Shown: in pieces, positions 19,998 to 32,302 of the stretch | How the letters are laid out: each line of letters opens with the position of its first letter | Numbering within the stretch: the stretch's first letter is position 1 | From: Candidatus Omnitrophota bacterium | GTDB taxonomy: Bacteria > Omnitrophota > Gorgyraeia > Zapsychrales > Fredricksoniimonadaceae | Assembly (NCBI GenBank): GCA_903908245.1 | Contig: CAIVRE010000002.1 | Span: forward strand, 90,761 to 154,760 | DNA: 64,000 nucleotides | Reading direction: 5' to 3' | Translations under genes and position numbers: made by a program | The notes under the pieces: model-generated | Databases searched by the model: none | Seen by the model: the letters and a program-made list of their open reading frames with translations, nothing else | Told to the model about the DNA's origin: nothing

Positions 19998-20696
19998 TCA
20001 GGCCCCTATAGTCCCCCATTCTACAATCTTCCCTGACCGCATGACAGCAATTTTATGCGCAATTCGGTGCGCGGCCTTGATGTTATGCGTGATAAAAATA
20101 TACGTCAGCCCCCGGTCCTTTTGCAGTGCCACCAGGCAATCAAGGACTTCTTTCTGGATGATAACATCAAGAGACGAGACCGCCTCATCAAGGACCAGCA
20201 GTTTCGGGCCGGTCATCAGCGCACGGCCAATGGCGATACGCTGACGCTCCCCGCCGCTGAATTCATGAGGATAACGCGACAGGATCTCGCCCGAAAGCCC
20301 GACAGCCGTCAATACCGACTTCATTTTAGACGAACAAGCCTCTGCCGAGCACTTCGGTTCAAGATGCAATGCCTCCTCAAGAATGGACCGGACCGTATAC
20401 CGCGGATCAAGACTGGCGAAAGGGTCCTGAAAGACCATCCGCGCCATCCGGCGAAAATAACGCTCGCGCTGCCGGTCTCCCCAAACAGGCTGCCCCTCAA
20501 AAAGCATTTCCCCCGCGTCCGGCCGCACCAGGCCCATGACGATCCGCGCGAGCGTGGTCTTGCCGCAACCCGACTCTCCGACGAGCGCGCAGCTTTCGCC
20601 GGCCGTGACCGACAGCGACACGCCATCGACGGCCCTCACCTGACCGCCAGCCCGATCGGCAAAAGTCTTTTGGATATTCTTTAACTCCAGCAACAT
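19998..20696 (-). CDS. Peptide ABC transporter ATP-binding protein (OppF/DppF-like)
   Basis: GESGCGKT, VFQDP, YPHEFSGGERQRI, LDEAVSSLD. Confidence 0.92.
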   Translation of the reverse strand: MLLELKNIQKTFADRAGGQVRAVDGVSLSVTAGESCALVGESGCGKTTLARIVMGLVRPDAGEMLFEGQPVWGDRQRERYFRRMARMVFQDPFASLDPRYTVRSILEEALHLEPKCSAEACSSKMKSVLTAVGLSGEILSRYPHEFSGGERQRIAIGRALMTGPKLLVLDEAVSSLDVIIQKEVLDCLVALQKDRGLTYIFITHNIKAAHRIAHKIAVMRSGKIVEWGTIGA

Positions 20697-20697
20697 C

Positions 20698-21468
20698 CTA
20701 CAGGCCCTCCGCTTCAAGAAGTGTCCGGGTATACCCGCAACGGGGCGAACTCAACACCGCCTCTGCCTTGCCCTGCTCGGCCACTTCGCCTTTGCACAGG
20801 ACCACGACCTCATCGGCGACGCGGCGCACAACACCGAGATCATGCGTAACAAGAACAATGGCCAATCCCAGCGAACGGCGCAATTCTTTAAAAAGATCCA
20901 GGATCTTGTCCTGGGTATTGACATCCAGGCTACTGGTCGGCTCATCAGCAATAAGCAGCTTCGGGCGGCAGACAATGGCCTGGGCGATCATGGCGCGCTG
21001 GCGCAGGCCGCCGCTAAGCTCGAAAGGATACGCTGCGGCCACCCGCTGCGCGTCATTGATCCCGGCCGAACGCAAGGCCGCAAGCGTACGCTCACGCACG
21101 ATCGTCCCGGAAACATTCTCATGCGCCAAAACTGTTTCCCCGATCTGCGCGCCGATAGTCATGACCGGATTAAAAGCGCTCATCGGCTCCTGAAATGCCA
21201 TGCTCACGCCGGCCCCGCGCAGAGCGCGCATCTGCTGCCCTGAATGATCCGTGATATCCTGGCCGTCAAATACGATCCGTCCGTCTGTCCGTTCCATGAC
21301 ATCCGGCAAAAGCCCGAGAATAGCCAGTCCGATCGTCGTCTTGCCCGATCCCGACCCACCGACAATGCCCGTGATCGAACCCTGGGGAACATCAAACGAG
21401 ACATCGCGCAAGATCCGCGTATGGCCCAAACTTACCGACAAATGTTGTATGCAAAGGATATCCGTCAT
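20698..21468 (-). CDS. Peptide ABC transporter ATP-binding protein (OppD/DppD-like)
   Basis: GGSGSGKT, FQEPMSAFNP, YPFELSGGLRQR, ADEPTSSLD. Confidence 0.92.
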   Translation of the reverse strand: MTDILCIQHLSVSLGHTRILRDVSFDVPQGSITGIVGGSGSGKTTIGLAILGLLPDVMERTDGRIVFDGQDITDHSGQQMRALRGAGVSMAFQEPMSAFNPVMTIGAQIGETVLAHENVSGTIVRERTLAALRSAGINDAQRVAAAYPFELSGGLRQRAMIAQAIVCRPKLLIADEPTSSLDVNTQDKILDLFKELRRSLGLAIVLVTHDLGVVRRVADEVVVLCKGEVAEQGKAEAVLSSPRCGYTRTLLEAEGL

Positions 21469-21515
21469 GAAATTAATTACCAATAAGGCAGCCCATTAAG
21501 TCAATCTCCGCGGCA

Positions 21516-22532
21516 CTAAACATTCGCCTCCCTCTTCAACATCGGATCAAGCGCGTCGCGCAGGGCGTCGCCGATCACGTTAAAACAAACAACACTGATA
21601 AAAATAAAGAACGCGGGCCACAGGATCCACGGTGCAAATTTAATACGCACGATGCTCATCGCGTCCGAAAGCATGTTCCCCCAGCTGGCATACGGATCCT
21701 GTATCCCCAAGCCGATCAGGCTAAGCGCCGACTCGCCCAGAATATAACCCGGGATCGACAGCATCACCGCCGCGATAGAATACGCCACCGTATGCGGCAG
21801 GATATGACGGATAATGATCTGGACATCGCTTAAGCCAAACGTTTTTGCCGCCAGCACATAATCACGCTCACGCAACGACAAGCACATCCCGCGCACCACC
21901 CGCGCCAACCCCGCCCAGCCGATCACCGAAAGGATAATGACGATCGCAAAATACACCTGCACCGAATTAAAATTGTCCGGCACCGCCGCGCGCAGGGCCA
22001 GCAAAAGGTAAAACCCCGGCGCCATCATCAGCACTTCGCACAGGCGCATCAAGACATTATCGATCCGCCCGCCGTAATATCCGGCGATCCCCCCCACCAG
22101 AAGCCCCAGCGCGAACGATATGAGCACGCCGATCAACCCAATGGTCAAAGATACCCGCGCGCCATAAATGATGCGGGAGAAAACATCACGCCCCCGGCTG
22201 TCTGCACCCAATAAATATAATCGCCCGGGTGCATCCACCAAGAACAACCTGGACGAAAAGAATTTAACAGGATACACCTTGGCACGATCCGTCACATAAA
22301 TGCGCTGGCGATACTCGTTAAAGGTCAATTTCATCCCGTAAACGAACGGAGACCGCAACCGGCCTTCATGAATGATATGGATAGCGGTCGGCGGGCAATA
22401 CGAAAGGCCGCGGGCTTCATCCTTAAAAGAATAAGGCGCAAGAAAATCGGCGAAAAGCGCGCAGGCATAAAGCGCGCCCAGTGCCCACAACGCAGCCACC
22501 GCCCATTTATTCCTTAAGAACGCGTCTTTCAT
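21516..22532 (-). CDS. Peptide ABC transporter permease (OppC/DppC-like)
   Basis: LLGADSRGRDVFSRIIYGARVSL, EAA loop DYVLAAKTFG, ESALSLIGLG, SWGNML, GDALRDALDP. Confidence 0.93.
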   Translation of the reverse strand: MKDAFLRNKWAVAALWALGALYACALFADFLAPYSFKDEARGLSYCPPTAIHIIHEGRLRSPFVYGMKLTFNEYRQRIYVTDRAKVYPVKFFSSRLFLVDAPGRLYLLGADSRGRDVFSRIIYGARVSLTIGLIGVLISFALGLLVGGIAGYYGGRIDNVLMRLCEVLMMAPGFYLLLALRAAVPDNFNSVQVYFAIVIILSVIGWAGLARVVRGMCLSLRERDYVLAAKTFGLSDVQIIIRHILPHTVAYSIAAVMLSIPGYILGESALSLIGLGIQDPYASWGNMLSDAMSIVRIKFAPWILWPAFFIFISVVCFNVIGDALRDALDPMLKREANV

Positions 22533-23506
22533 AAAGAAGCCTTCTCCTGCCTTATCCGCGGGTCCGCCTTGGCCAGCAGGATATCCGCGATCAGATTCCC
22601 GATGATGAACATCACCCCGCCCATCAGCATGCTCGCCATCACCAGGTAAATATCTTTGGAACGCACCGCCGTCAGCATCAGCGCGCCCAGCCCCGGCCAG
22701 CTGGTAATGATCTCCATGATCGCCGCGCCGCTGAGCAATCCCGCGAATTCATATCCCAAAAGAGTGATGAGCGGATTGAGCGCGTTGCGCAAGGCATGCA
22801 CATAAATGACCCTGTCCTCCGGCAACCCCTTCGCCCGGGCGGCCAGCACATACTGCTTGCCCAATTCTTCGAGCATATTCCCGCGCATGATGCGCTGTAA
22901 CGCCGCCACCGATCCCAGCGATAATGCCACGGTCGGTATCACCAGATGCGCGCCCAGGTCAAGCGCCTGGCGCCACCAGGGCATAAGCTCGAAACCAGGG
23001 CTGTGCATCCCGCCCAGCGGAAGCACTCCGGTCTGGCTCGCCCAAAATAACAGGATCATGGCCACGAAAAATCCGGGCAAAGACAAGAACACATACGCCA
23101 GGACCTGCGCCACCCTGTCCACCCAACGATTGCGATGCAGTGCCGCCCAGACGCCCAAAGGGATCGCCAGAAGCCAGGTCAGCAAAAACGCGCTGAGCGA
23201 CAGCACAAACGTGTTCCAGATGCGCCCGCCGATAATACTGGTCACCGGCACATTGTAATAAAAAGAATAGCCCATTTCCCCGCACAAAAGGTTCTTGAGC
23301 CAATAACCGTATTGCAGGAACGCGGGATCGTTCAAATGATAAAGCTTTTCATAATGCGCCAGTGTTTCCGACGATATCTGCGGGTCAAGCTTGAGCGTGT
23401 CCAAATAATTCCCCGGCGTCAGGCGCATGAGCATGAACGTCATGAAGCTCATGGCGAGAAGAAGAAAGACCGCGATGAATAAGCGTTTAAGGATGAACTT
23501 CAACAT
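22529..23506 (-). CDS. Peptide ABC transporter permease (OppB/DppB-like)
   Basis: MLKFILKRL, QYVLAARAKGL, HALRNALNP, WPGLG, DPRIR. Confidence 0.93.
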   Translation of the reverse strand: MLKFILKRLFIAVFLLLAMSFMTFMLMRLTPGNYLDTLKLDPQISSETLAHYEKLYHLNDPAFLQYGYWLKNLLCGEMGYSFYYNVPVTSIIGGRIWNTFVLSLSAFLLTWLLAIPLGVWAALHRNRWVDRVAQVLAYVFLSLPGFFVAMILLFWASQTGVLPLGGMHSPGFELMPWWRQALDLGAHLVIPTVALSLGSVAALQRIMRGNMLEELGKQYVLAARAKGLPEDRVIYVHALRNALNPLITLLGYEFAGLLSGAAIMEIITSWPGLGALMLTAVRSKDIYLVMASMLMGGVMFIIGNLIADILLAKADPRIRQEKASL

Positions 23507-25208
23507 AGATCTCTTCAAGGTTATGAAAAACCCCGCCATAGACCGCGGGCTTTAAATTGCCGAATTTATTGCGTACGGCCGTCAAACGCGCGCTGAGCGC
23601 CGTATAAACCATGGGGACCTCATCCGCAACGATCGTCTGGTATTCATCGTAATACGCCTTGCGCTTTGTTTCATCAAGTTCCTGGGCGCCAGCGGCAAAT
23701 ATTTCATCAATGCGTTTTTCCCAGGCCGTTGCCGGAACCGTCTGCTTCGGGTTCCACATGTGCAGCTGCCCCGACGACAGCCAGACATTCTGCCCGAAAT
23801 GCGGGTCAACAGACCCGGTCAACCCGAGCACGACCGCATCCCACTCGAACGTCGACGTCAGCTTCCCTACCAGCGTATTGAACTCGACAAGCTGGAAATT
23901 CACCTTCATGCCGACACTCTCAAGGTCATTACGGATAATGGACGCAATATCCACCCGCTCGGTATTATCCGCGTTGGTCAGCAGGGTGAACTCCAACGGC
24001 CGCCCGTCCTTGTCTTCCAGTACCCCGTCATTATTAATGTCCTTGAACCCCGCCGCGCGCAATAACTCGCGCGCCTTGTTAAGGTCATAATCGTATTTGC
24101 GCACATCTTTACAATAAAAGAAACCGGAGCCGGGGCTTTCGGGAGAATACTGGGGATAGCCCAGGCCATTCTTGACGATCTCAATGATCCGCGCCTTGTC
24201 CACCGCGTGCGCCACAGCCCGGCGGAAATCACGGCTGGAAAACCACGCCAGCTTATGCGGCGCGACATAAGGCTTGCCCGTTTTCATGTTCCTGCCGGGA
24301 TTCTGGTTGAAGACCACAAAACTCGCGCCCATATCGGGGCCAAGGTCGTAGATCTTAAAATGCCGTTCACTCTCCAACGGTTTTAATAACGGATAGTCCA
24401 TCCCGCGCACGCCATACGCATCGATCGAGCCTTCCATGAATTTCAAGAGTTCCACATCCATGCTCGGCACGATCACATACCGCACCCGGTCCAGATACGG
24501 CAGGGCATCGCCATTATCGGACTTCTTCCAATAAAACGGGTTGCGCTTGAGTACCACGGCCTGTCCGGGCTGATACGCCTCAAGGATGAACGCCCCGCTG
24601 CCGACGATCGACTTCGGGCTGTCAATACCCCAGGTGAACGCGAAACGCCCTTCCTTAACCGCTTTTTCCAGGACATGTTTGGGCAGGATCTCCTGCCCCA
24701 TCCCGCGCAGGAACGGCGCGAACTTGCAGGGAAGAATAAAACGAACGGTTTGCGCGTCAACCTTCTCGACCTTGAGCGGATGGCCTTCTATTGTAAAAAT
24801 ATCCCGCGCGGAATTCGGCACCGCATCGTTGAAAATAAGGTCATTAAACGTGAACACCACATCATCCGCCGTCAGTGCAATGCCATCCGACCAGCGAAGG
24901 CCGCCGCGCAGGACAAAAGTCCAGGTTAGCCCATCCGGGCTGACATCCCAACGCTGCGCCAGGTTTGGCTTCACCTTCATGTCAAACGCGTCAACCGTGG
25001 TCAGGCCTTCGAACAGGCGGCTGGTGATCTCGGTCGTGGATGTTTCTTTCGCGAGGACAGGATTAAAGGATTTCGGGTCGGAGGTGATGGCCAGCACAAG
25101 TTCACCGCCGTAACGCGCCTGGCCGCCAGCCAGCACCACCCCCGTAAAAACAAAAAAACACAGCAGGATAAGTGCTGTGTTCTTTGTGATATTAAAAAAG
25201 AATGTCAT
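23487..25208 (-). CDS. Peptide/nickel ABC transporter substrate-binding protein (family 5)
   Basis: Signal peptide, DPKSFNP, LAQRWDVSPDGLTWTFVLR...WSDG...TADDVVFTF. Confidence 0.93.
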   Translation of the reverse strand: MTFFFNITKNTALILLCFFVFTGVVLAGGQARYGGELVLAITSDPKSFNPVLAKETSTTEITSRLFEGLTTVDAFDMKVKPNLAQRWDVSPDGLTWTFVLRGGLRWSDGIALTADDVVFTFNDLIFNDAVPNSARDIFTIEGHPLKVEKVDAQTVRFILPCKFAPFLRGMGQEILPKHVLEKAVKEGRFAFTWGIDSPKSIVGSGAFILEAYQPGQAVVLKRNPFYWKKSDNGDALPYLDRVRYVIVPSMDVELLKFMEGSIDAYGVRGMDYPLLKPLESERHFKIYDLGPDMGASFVVFNQNPGRNMKTGKPYVAPHKLAWFSSRDFRRAVAHAVDKARIIEIVKNGLGYPQYSPESPGSGFFYCKDVRKYDYDLNKARELLRAAGFKDINNDGVLEDKDGRPLEFTLLTNADNTERVDIASIIRNDLESVGMKVNFQLVEFNTLVGKLTSTFEWDAVVLGLTGSVDPHFGQNVWLSSGQLHMWNPKQTVPATAWEKRIDEIFAAGAQELDETKRKAYYDEYQTIVADEVPMVYTALSARLTAVRNKFGNLKPAVYGGVFHNLEEIYVEVHP

Positions 25209-25573
25209 TATTTTGCCGTATTCACAGGAACTGCCGGCGACTGCGCGTTAAGGGTGATCGTCTGCGATGGCGCCTGGTCGAACAGCTTTTCCACGTCAAC
25301 CGTCTTCGTTTTGGCCGCGTGCGCGGGGACCCGCCTCATCAGGGACGTCCCCTGCCGGGCTGTCAATACCGCCAGGCTCAAACACGTGAAAAGAAAAACA
25401 CACGCGATCCCCGTCGTTACTCTCACCATGACAACACTGGTCTGCGCGCCCAGAAGGCTCTCGGCCGAACTGAAACTTTCCGCCAACCCGCCGCCTTTAC
25501 CCGACTGCATCAGGATGGTCGCGACAAGCAGGATACATGTAATAATATGAACAACCGTTAAAAATGTGATCAC
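25208..25573 (-). CDS. secG: Preprotein translocase subunit SecG
   Basis: ILMQSGKGGGLA...LLG, two TM helices, follows tpiA. Confidence 0.92.
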   Translation of the reverse strand: MITFLTVVHIITCILLVATILMQSGKGGGLAESFSSAESLLGAQTSVVMVRVTTGIACVFLFTCLSLAVLTARQGTSLMRRVPAHAAKTKTVDVEKLFDQAPSQTITLNAQSPAVPVNTAK

Positions 25574-25586
25574 ATCGAACCCCCGT

Positions 25587-26345
25587 TTAATTCATCGAAT
25601 TTCTGACAAGCGCGGCAAAAGAATCCGCCTTGAGGCTGGCTCCGCCAACCAGCGCGCCGTCAATATCCGGCTCAACAACGAGCTCGGCGATATTCTCCGG
25701 CTTCACACTGCCGCCGTACTGGATACGCGTGGCATCCGCCGTGGCCTTGTCGAACATCTTAAGCAATATTTCGCGAATGAACTTGTGTACTTCCTGCGCC
25801 TGGGTCGCGGTCGCGGTCTTGCCCGTACCGATCGCCCACACCGGCTCGTAAGCCAGCACCACTTTAAGCATATCTTCCTTGGTAAAACCCGCAAGCGAAC
25901 CGGTCACATGATCGCGGATAACATCGAACGTCCGGCCGCTCTCGCGCTCGGCAAGATTCTCACCCACACACACGATCGGTTTCAACCCGTTCTTCAGCGC
26001 CGCCCTGGTGCGTTTATTAACGGTCTCATTCGTCTCGCCAAAAAACTGCCGGCGCTCGGAATGGCCGACGATCACATACTTCACGCCCACAGACGCCAGC
26101 ATCGGGCCAGAAACCTCGCCGGTGAACGCCCCGGAATCCTCCCAGTAAACATTCTGCGCGCCGACAGCGATCGCGCTGGCCCGGCAATTCTCGACCGTTG
26201 CCCCCAAATGGACGAAAGGCGGGCATACCACCACATCCACCGCGGTAACGCCGCCGATGTCTTTCTTGAGAGCGGCCACCAGTTCCGCCGCCTCGGATGC
26301 TGTCTTGTACATCTTCCAGTTACCTGCAATAATTTTCTTGCGCAT
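25587..26345 (-). CDS. tpiA: Triosephosphate isomerase
   Basis: AGNWKM, GHSERR, AYEPVWAIGTG, YGGSVK, LVGGASL. Confidence 0.99.
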   Translation of the reverse strand: MRKKIIAGNWKMYKTASEAAELVAALKKDIGGVTAVDVVVCPPFVHLGATVENCRASAIAVGAQNVYWEDSGAFTGEVSGPMLASVGVKYVIVGHSERRQFFGETNETVNKRTRAALKNGLKPIVCVGENLAERESGRTFDVIRDHVTGSLAGFTKEDMLKVVLAYEPVWAIGTGKTATATQAQEVHKFIREILLKMFDKATADATRIQYGGSVKPENIAELVVEPDIDGALVGGASLKADSFAALVRNSMN

Positions 26346-26357
26346 AGTGGATATCCC

Positions 26358-27581
26358 TTAATTACACGAACAACTGCAGCCGCAACCGCCCGTGGATTTC
26401 TTGTCGTTAAGCGCCGTGATCCCGGGAAGCTCTTTGCCTTCCAGATATTCAAGGGAAGCCCCGCCGCCTGTTGAAATATGCGTCATTTTGTTGTCCAGCC
26501 CGAACTTGAGCACCGCCGCCGCGCTGTCACCGCCGCCGATAATGGTCTTGACGCCCTTGTCTTTCAGGGACGCCAAATGGAACGCGATCTCCCGGGTGCC
26601 ATTGGCGAACGCATCGCGCTCGAACACGCCCAGCGGGCCGTTCCACACAACGGTCTTCGCACCATCAAGCACCTTCTTGAACTTGGCACGGGTCTTGGGG
26701 CCGATATCCAGCGACTCGAAACCATCGGGGATAACATCCGATATCTTGCCATCATTGGAATCAAAGTTCGGGACGATCACAAAATCCTCGGTCAACTCAA
26801 CGCGAACGCCCGCGGCCTTGGCCTTCTCTAAAAGAGTCCTGGCCAGGTCGATCTTGTCTTTTTCCAGCTTGGAATTCCCGATATTGATACCCTGCGCTTT
26901 CAGGAACGTATATGCCATGCCGCCACCGATGATGATCGTGTCGGCTTTCTTAAGCAGGTTCTCGATGAGCATGATCTTGTCGGACACTTTCGCGCCGCCC
27001 AGGATGACCACCAGGGGACGCTCGGGGTTATTGACCGCGAGGCCGAGATACTGCAGTTCTTTTTCGATCAGAAAACCGCTCACCGCCGGAAGGTACGCGG
27101 CGATACCGGCGGTCGAGGCATGCGCGCGGTGCGCGGTGCCGAACGCGTCATTGACATAAATATCCGCCAGCGACGCGAGCTCTTTGGCAAAAGCGGGGTC
27201 GTTCTTTTCTTCTTCCTTGTGAAAACGAAGGTTCTCAAGAAGCGCCACTTTCTCCGCCGCCGAAGCGACGCCGCTTTTGACGTCCGCGCCCACACAGTCA
27301 GACATCAACTTGACCGGATACCCCAGAAGCTCCGCCAGGCGCTTTGCCGCCGGGGCAAGAGAGAATTCTTTTTCGAAACCAACGCCCTTTGGACGGCCCA
27401 GATGGCTCATCAGGATCACTTTCGCCGCGCCATTATCAACAACGTATTTAATGGTCGGTATGGCGGCACGGATACGGATATCATCCGTGATCTTGTCCCC
27501 CTCCAGCGGGACATTGAAATCCACGCGGATAATGACCTTTTTTCCTTTTAAACTCACATCCCGTACTGTCTGCTTATTCAT
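26358..27581 (-). CDS. pgk: Phosphoglycerate kinase
   Basis: [51 protein letters not shown]; Cys-rich C-terminal tail. Confidence 0.99.
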   Translation of the reverse strand: MNKQTVRDVSLKGKKVIIRVDFNVPLEGDKITDDIRIRAAIPTIKYVVDNGAAKVILMSHLGRPKGVGFEKEFSLAPAAKRLAELLGYPVKLMSDCVGADVKSGVASAAEKVALLENLRFHKEEEKNDPAFAKELASLADIYVNDAFGTAHRAHASTAGIAAYLPAVSGFLIEKELQYLGLAVNNPERPLVVILGGAKVSDKIMLIENLLKKADTIIIGGGMAYTFLKAQGINIGNSKLEKDKIDLARTLLEKAKAAGVRVELTEDFVIVPNFDSNDGKISDVIPDGFESLDIGPKTRAKFKKVLDGAKTVVWNGPLGVFERDAFANGTREIAFHLASLKDKGVKTIIGGGDSAAAVLKFGLDNKMTHISTGGGASLEYLEGKELPGITALNDKKSTGGCGCSCSCN

Positions 27582-27622
27582 AACGCCTCCGAATGATCAA
27601 ATAAGAAAGAAAATGAACCCCT

Positions 27623-27650
27623 ATTATATTTAGTGAAGCCCTTTTGTCAA
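27623..27650 (-). promoter_or_regulatory. Sigma70 promoter of the pgk-tpiA-secG run
   Basis: Minus strand TTGACA-16-TATAAT, both hexamers perfect consensus, ~40 nt upstream of pgk. Confidence 0.8.
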
Positions 27651-27653
27651 ACC

Positions 27654-29108
27654 TCAAATCATTCGCCGGAAAAGGACCCAATGTTCACTGACGAACATGG
27701 GCGTCCACATTATTCCAAGGCGGGAAAGATCCTGGTCCCCCCAGTTCCGTCCCCATAAGTAATAACGGGTCTTCGCGTCCCCGAGGATCGCCCCGACCGT
27801 AGGCGTAAAAATAAAATCCTTGTACCCTTTGCCGTAAAGGGCATTCACCTGGCTGACGATCGCGTTGCACGGTTCGATCGCATTGCCCCGGACGACCGCG
27901 CCCGACTCAAGTTCATGTTCAAAAAGGGCATTGGTCGCCATCCACTTCATCAGGTTCGCCGTATCATATTGATAGGTGGAATGGAATTTCAGGACCGTAG
28001 CGCTGACGACCAGGACAAAAACAAACGACCCTGCGGCGAGCACGGCGAACGAAGGCAGGGGTAACGCCTCCACCCTTTCCGCCAGTAAAACAGCGAGCAC
28101 AAACGCAAAGAAAAAACCAAACGGAAGGACATAATACCCCCAGACAGCCCAGGGAAGAAGGACCAGCAGATATCCCGCGTAAGCCAGGGCTCCCGTTAAA
28201 AATACCCACAGCCTCGCGCGGGTCCACGGGCGGGAAACAGCTCCTTTCTGAAACACCATCAGGACAACAGCCAACAGGATCCAGGGCGCGTGATACAACA
28301 GGTCTTTTTGCGCCCACAACAACACATTCTGTCCAATAGCGCTGAAATTCGTGACCACATAGACCGAAGTATACTCGCTCCTGCTAAAGAAATTATTCAG
28401 GAACACTGCATAGGCCGCGGCAACCAAAAGGCAGGCGACCCCGAACACCAGGACCCCTTTCTTTCGGTCGAGAAGAGACACAATGATCGAACTTGCCCCC
28501 ACAGCCCCCATAGTCGCAAGAAATGGTTCTTTGGAACCGACGGTTAACAACAGGAAAAAGATCCCTGCCGCCATTGCCCCCCAACGGATCGTCCCGCCAT
28601 TGTCCAGCCTCTGCTCAAACGCATTCAGAAAAAACAAAAGAGCAAACCCGAAGAACAGGACACCGAGGATCTCGTGCGTGGAAAGGTAAAAGAAAGCATC
28701 GTAAATCTGGCAAAAAGACAATACCGCAAAAACAAAAAGCGGCGCAGCAAAATGACTGCGCGTAACCCGGAAAGCCAGAAAGGCCCATACCCCCAATGCC
28801 AGGACACACTCGGCCCAACGGAAAATATAGAATGCGGCCGGACTGCTGGCAAAGACCTTATAAAAGACCGCAGAATGCAATGCCAGAGTGGGGCGGATAT
28901 ACCCGGAGGCCATCCAGGCCTGGCAAAACCCTGTAAACCTTTCCCACCAATTGCCGGGCTGTTTAAGCATGCCGAAATCGTCCATCAAACCCCAGGACCA
29001 TCCGCCTAAGACAAAAGAGACCAGGATCACGGCCAAAGGCACGAACGCCAGGATCAGCCACCCATGCGCCGACGACATATTGCACTTTCCGGAATTATTT
29101 TGATCCAT
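27654..29108 (-). CDS. Polytopic membrane protein, putative GT-C glycosyltransferase
   Basis: About 11 TM helices, acidic pair after TM1 (WGLMDD), YIRP, THE; lies in the glycan locus. Start placed at ATG 29108. Confidence 0.55.
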   Translation of the reverse strand: MDQNNSGKCNMSSAHGWLILAFVPLAVILVSFVLGGWSWGLMDDFGMLKQPGNWWERFTGFCQAWMASGYIRPTLALHSAVFYKVFASSPAAFYIFRWAECVLALGVWAFLAFRVTRSHFAAPLFVFAVLSFCQIYDAFFYLSTHEILGVLFFGFALLFFLNAFEQRLDNGGTIRWGAMAAGIFFLLLTVGSKEPFLATMGAVGASSIIVSLLDRKKGVLVFGVACLLVAAAYAVFLNNFFSRSEYTSVYVVTNFSAIGQNVLLWAQKDLLYHAPWILLAVVLMVFQKGAVSRPWTRARLWVFLTGALAYAGYLLVLLPWAVWGYYVLPFGFFFAFVLAVLLAERVEALPLPSFAVLAAGSFVFVLVVSATVLKFHSTYQYDTANLMKWMATNALFEHELESGAVVRGNAIEPCNAIVSQVNALYGKGYKDFIFTPTVGAILGDAKTRYYLWGRNWGDQDLSRLGIMWTPMFVSEHWVLFRRMI

Positions 29109-30347
29109 CGCACCCTCCCAGGGATTGCTTGCCAAACGCCGCCATAGCTCCGGTCAAAACCCAGAATATGGCGGTCAATTGAGACGAATAAAGCGTCGTA
29201 TCCAGGCCGCTGTGCACCAAAAACCCGCACCAGCCGGCAAAAAAAGCGGCCAGCAGCCAGCGCTCCGGCGCTTGCGGCAAGCGCCGGATCAAAAACGACA
29301 CCTGAACAATGATCGCGGTCAGGAACCACAAGAATAAAGCCAACCCGACCAGCCCGAGCTCCGCCCCCATTTGCAAATAACAATTATGGGGATAGATCGC
29401 CCACATGGTCACATATTTCTTGATCACCATTGTGTATGTATTAAGCCCTGTTCCAAGGACAGGGTTGTCTTTAATGATATTGATCGCGTCATGCCAGAAC
29501 GTGAGCCTCCCGTTCCCGTTAAACGACAGGATCTTCTCCTGTTCCATCACCGCGTCCGAAACAAGGGACACATCGCGGACCTTGAGGAGCAACGGCTGAA
29601 AAACCACAATGAACAGGGCCATGAACGCCAAGACCACCGGCCAAAAACGGCGGTTAAAAAGAATAAAAACAACCACCGCGACCACCATTCCCAGCCAGGC
29701 GCCCCTGGAATAGGTCAGGCCCAGCGCCGCTGAGGCTATCCCCACAAAAAAGATCCCTCCAAAGGCCAGCAAAGCGTTCTTGAGCGTATATTCGATCAAC
29801 GAACGGGCGCCGGCCATGATCATGAGCATGATCGCGGGCAAAAGAACAAGGATCAAATACGCCCCAAAATCATTAGGATGCTTGAACGACGCCATCACAC
29901 GGCCGCTGTTGAACGTGGCGCGCACAAAAATATCATACCCCGAGAACGCCTGCCAGAGCCCGTCGAGAGAAATGATCCCCGCCGAGACCAGAAAAACACC
30001 TATCAAAATACCATAGCGTTTACGGGAAGAAAGCGTTTCATAACTTATAAAGAACAAGAACATGGCATAAAGAGATTTACCGATAAAACCCTTAAGGCTT
30101 AACAAAGGGAACTGGCTCCAAATGATGGAAAGGCCAGACCATCCGAAATATAATACTGCGGGAAGGAGCACCCACTTGACCGGGAGCTCCCTGAAAGCCG
30201 CCCACCCCAAGGAACCACGCTTAAAGAAAAAAACCAGGATAGCGACCGACGCGGCCACCTTGACAAAAGCATTCGTAGCCGGGAGAAAGAACATCATCAG
30301 ACAAAGCAGGACGAACAGGATACGGTCACACAACAGGGTCATTGTCA

Positions 30348-30348
<1 letters not shown>
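29095..30348 (-). CDS. O-antigen ligase (WaaL/Wzy_C) family protein
   Basis: RVMASFKHPNDFG, TYSRGAW, GRLTFW, PVLGTG, HNCYLQ...ELGLVG. Confidence 0.88.

Positions 30349-32301
<1,953 letters not shown>

Positions 32302-32302
<1 letters not shown>

Noticed and set aside
19998-21468. Short OppD/OppF-like ATPases as pseudogenes
   Set aside because: All ABC motifs are intact; they only lack the C-terminal extension, and junctions with neighbours are tight.
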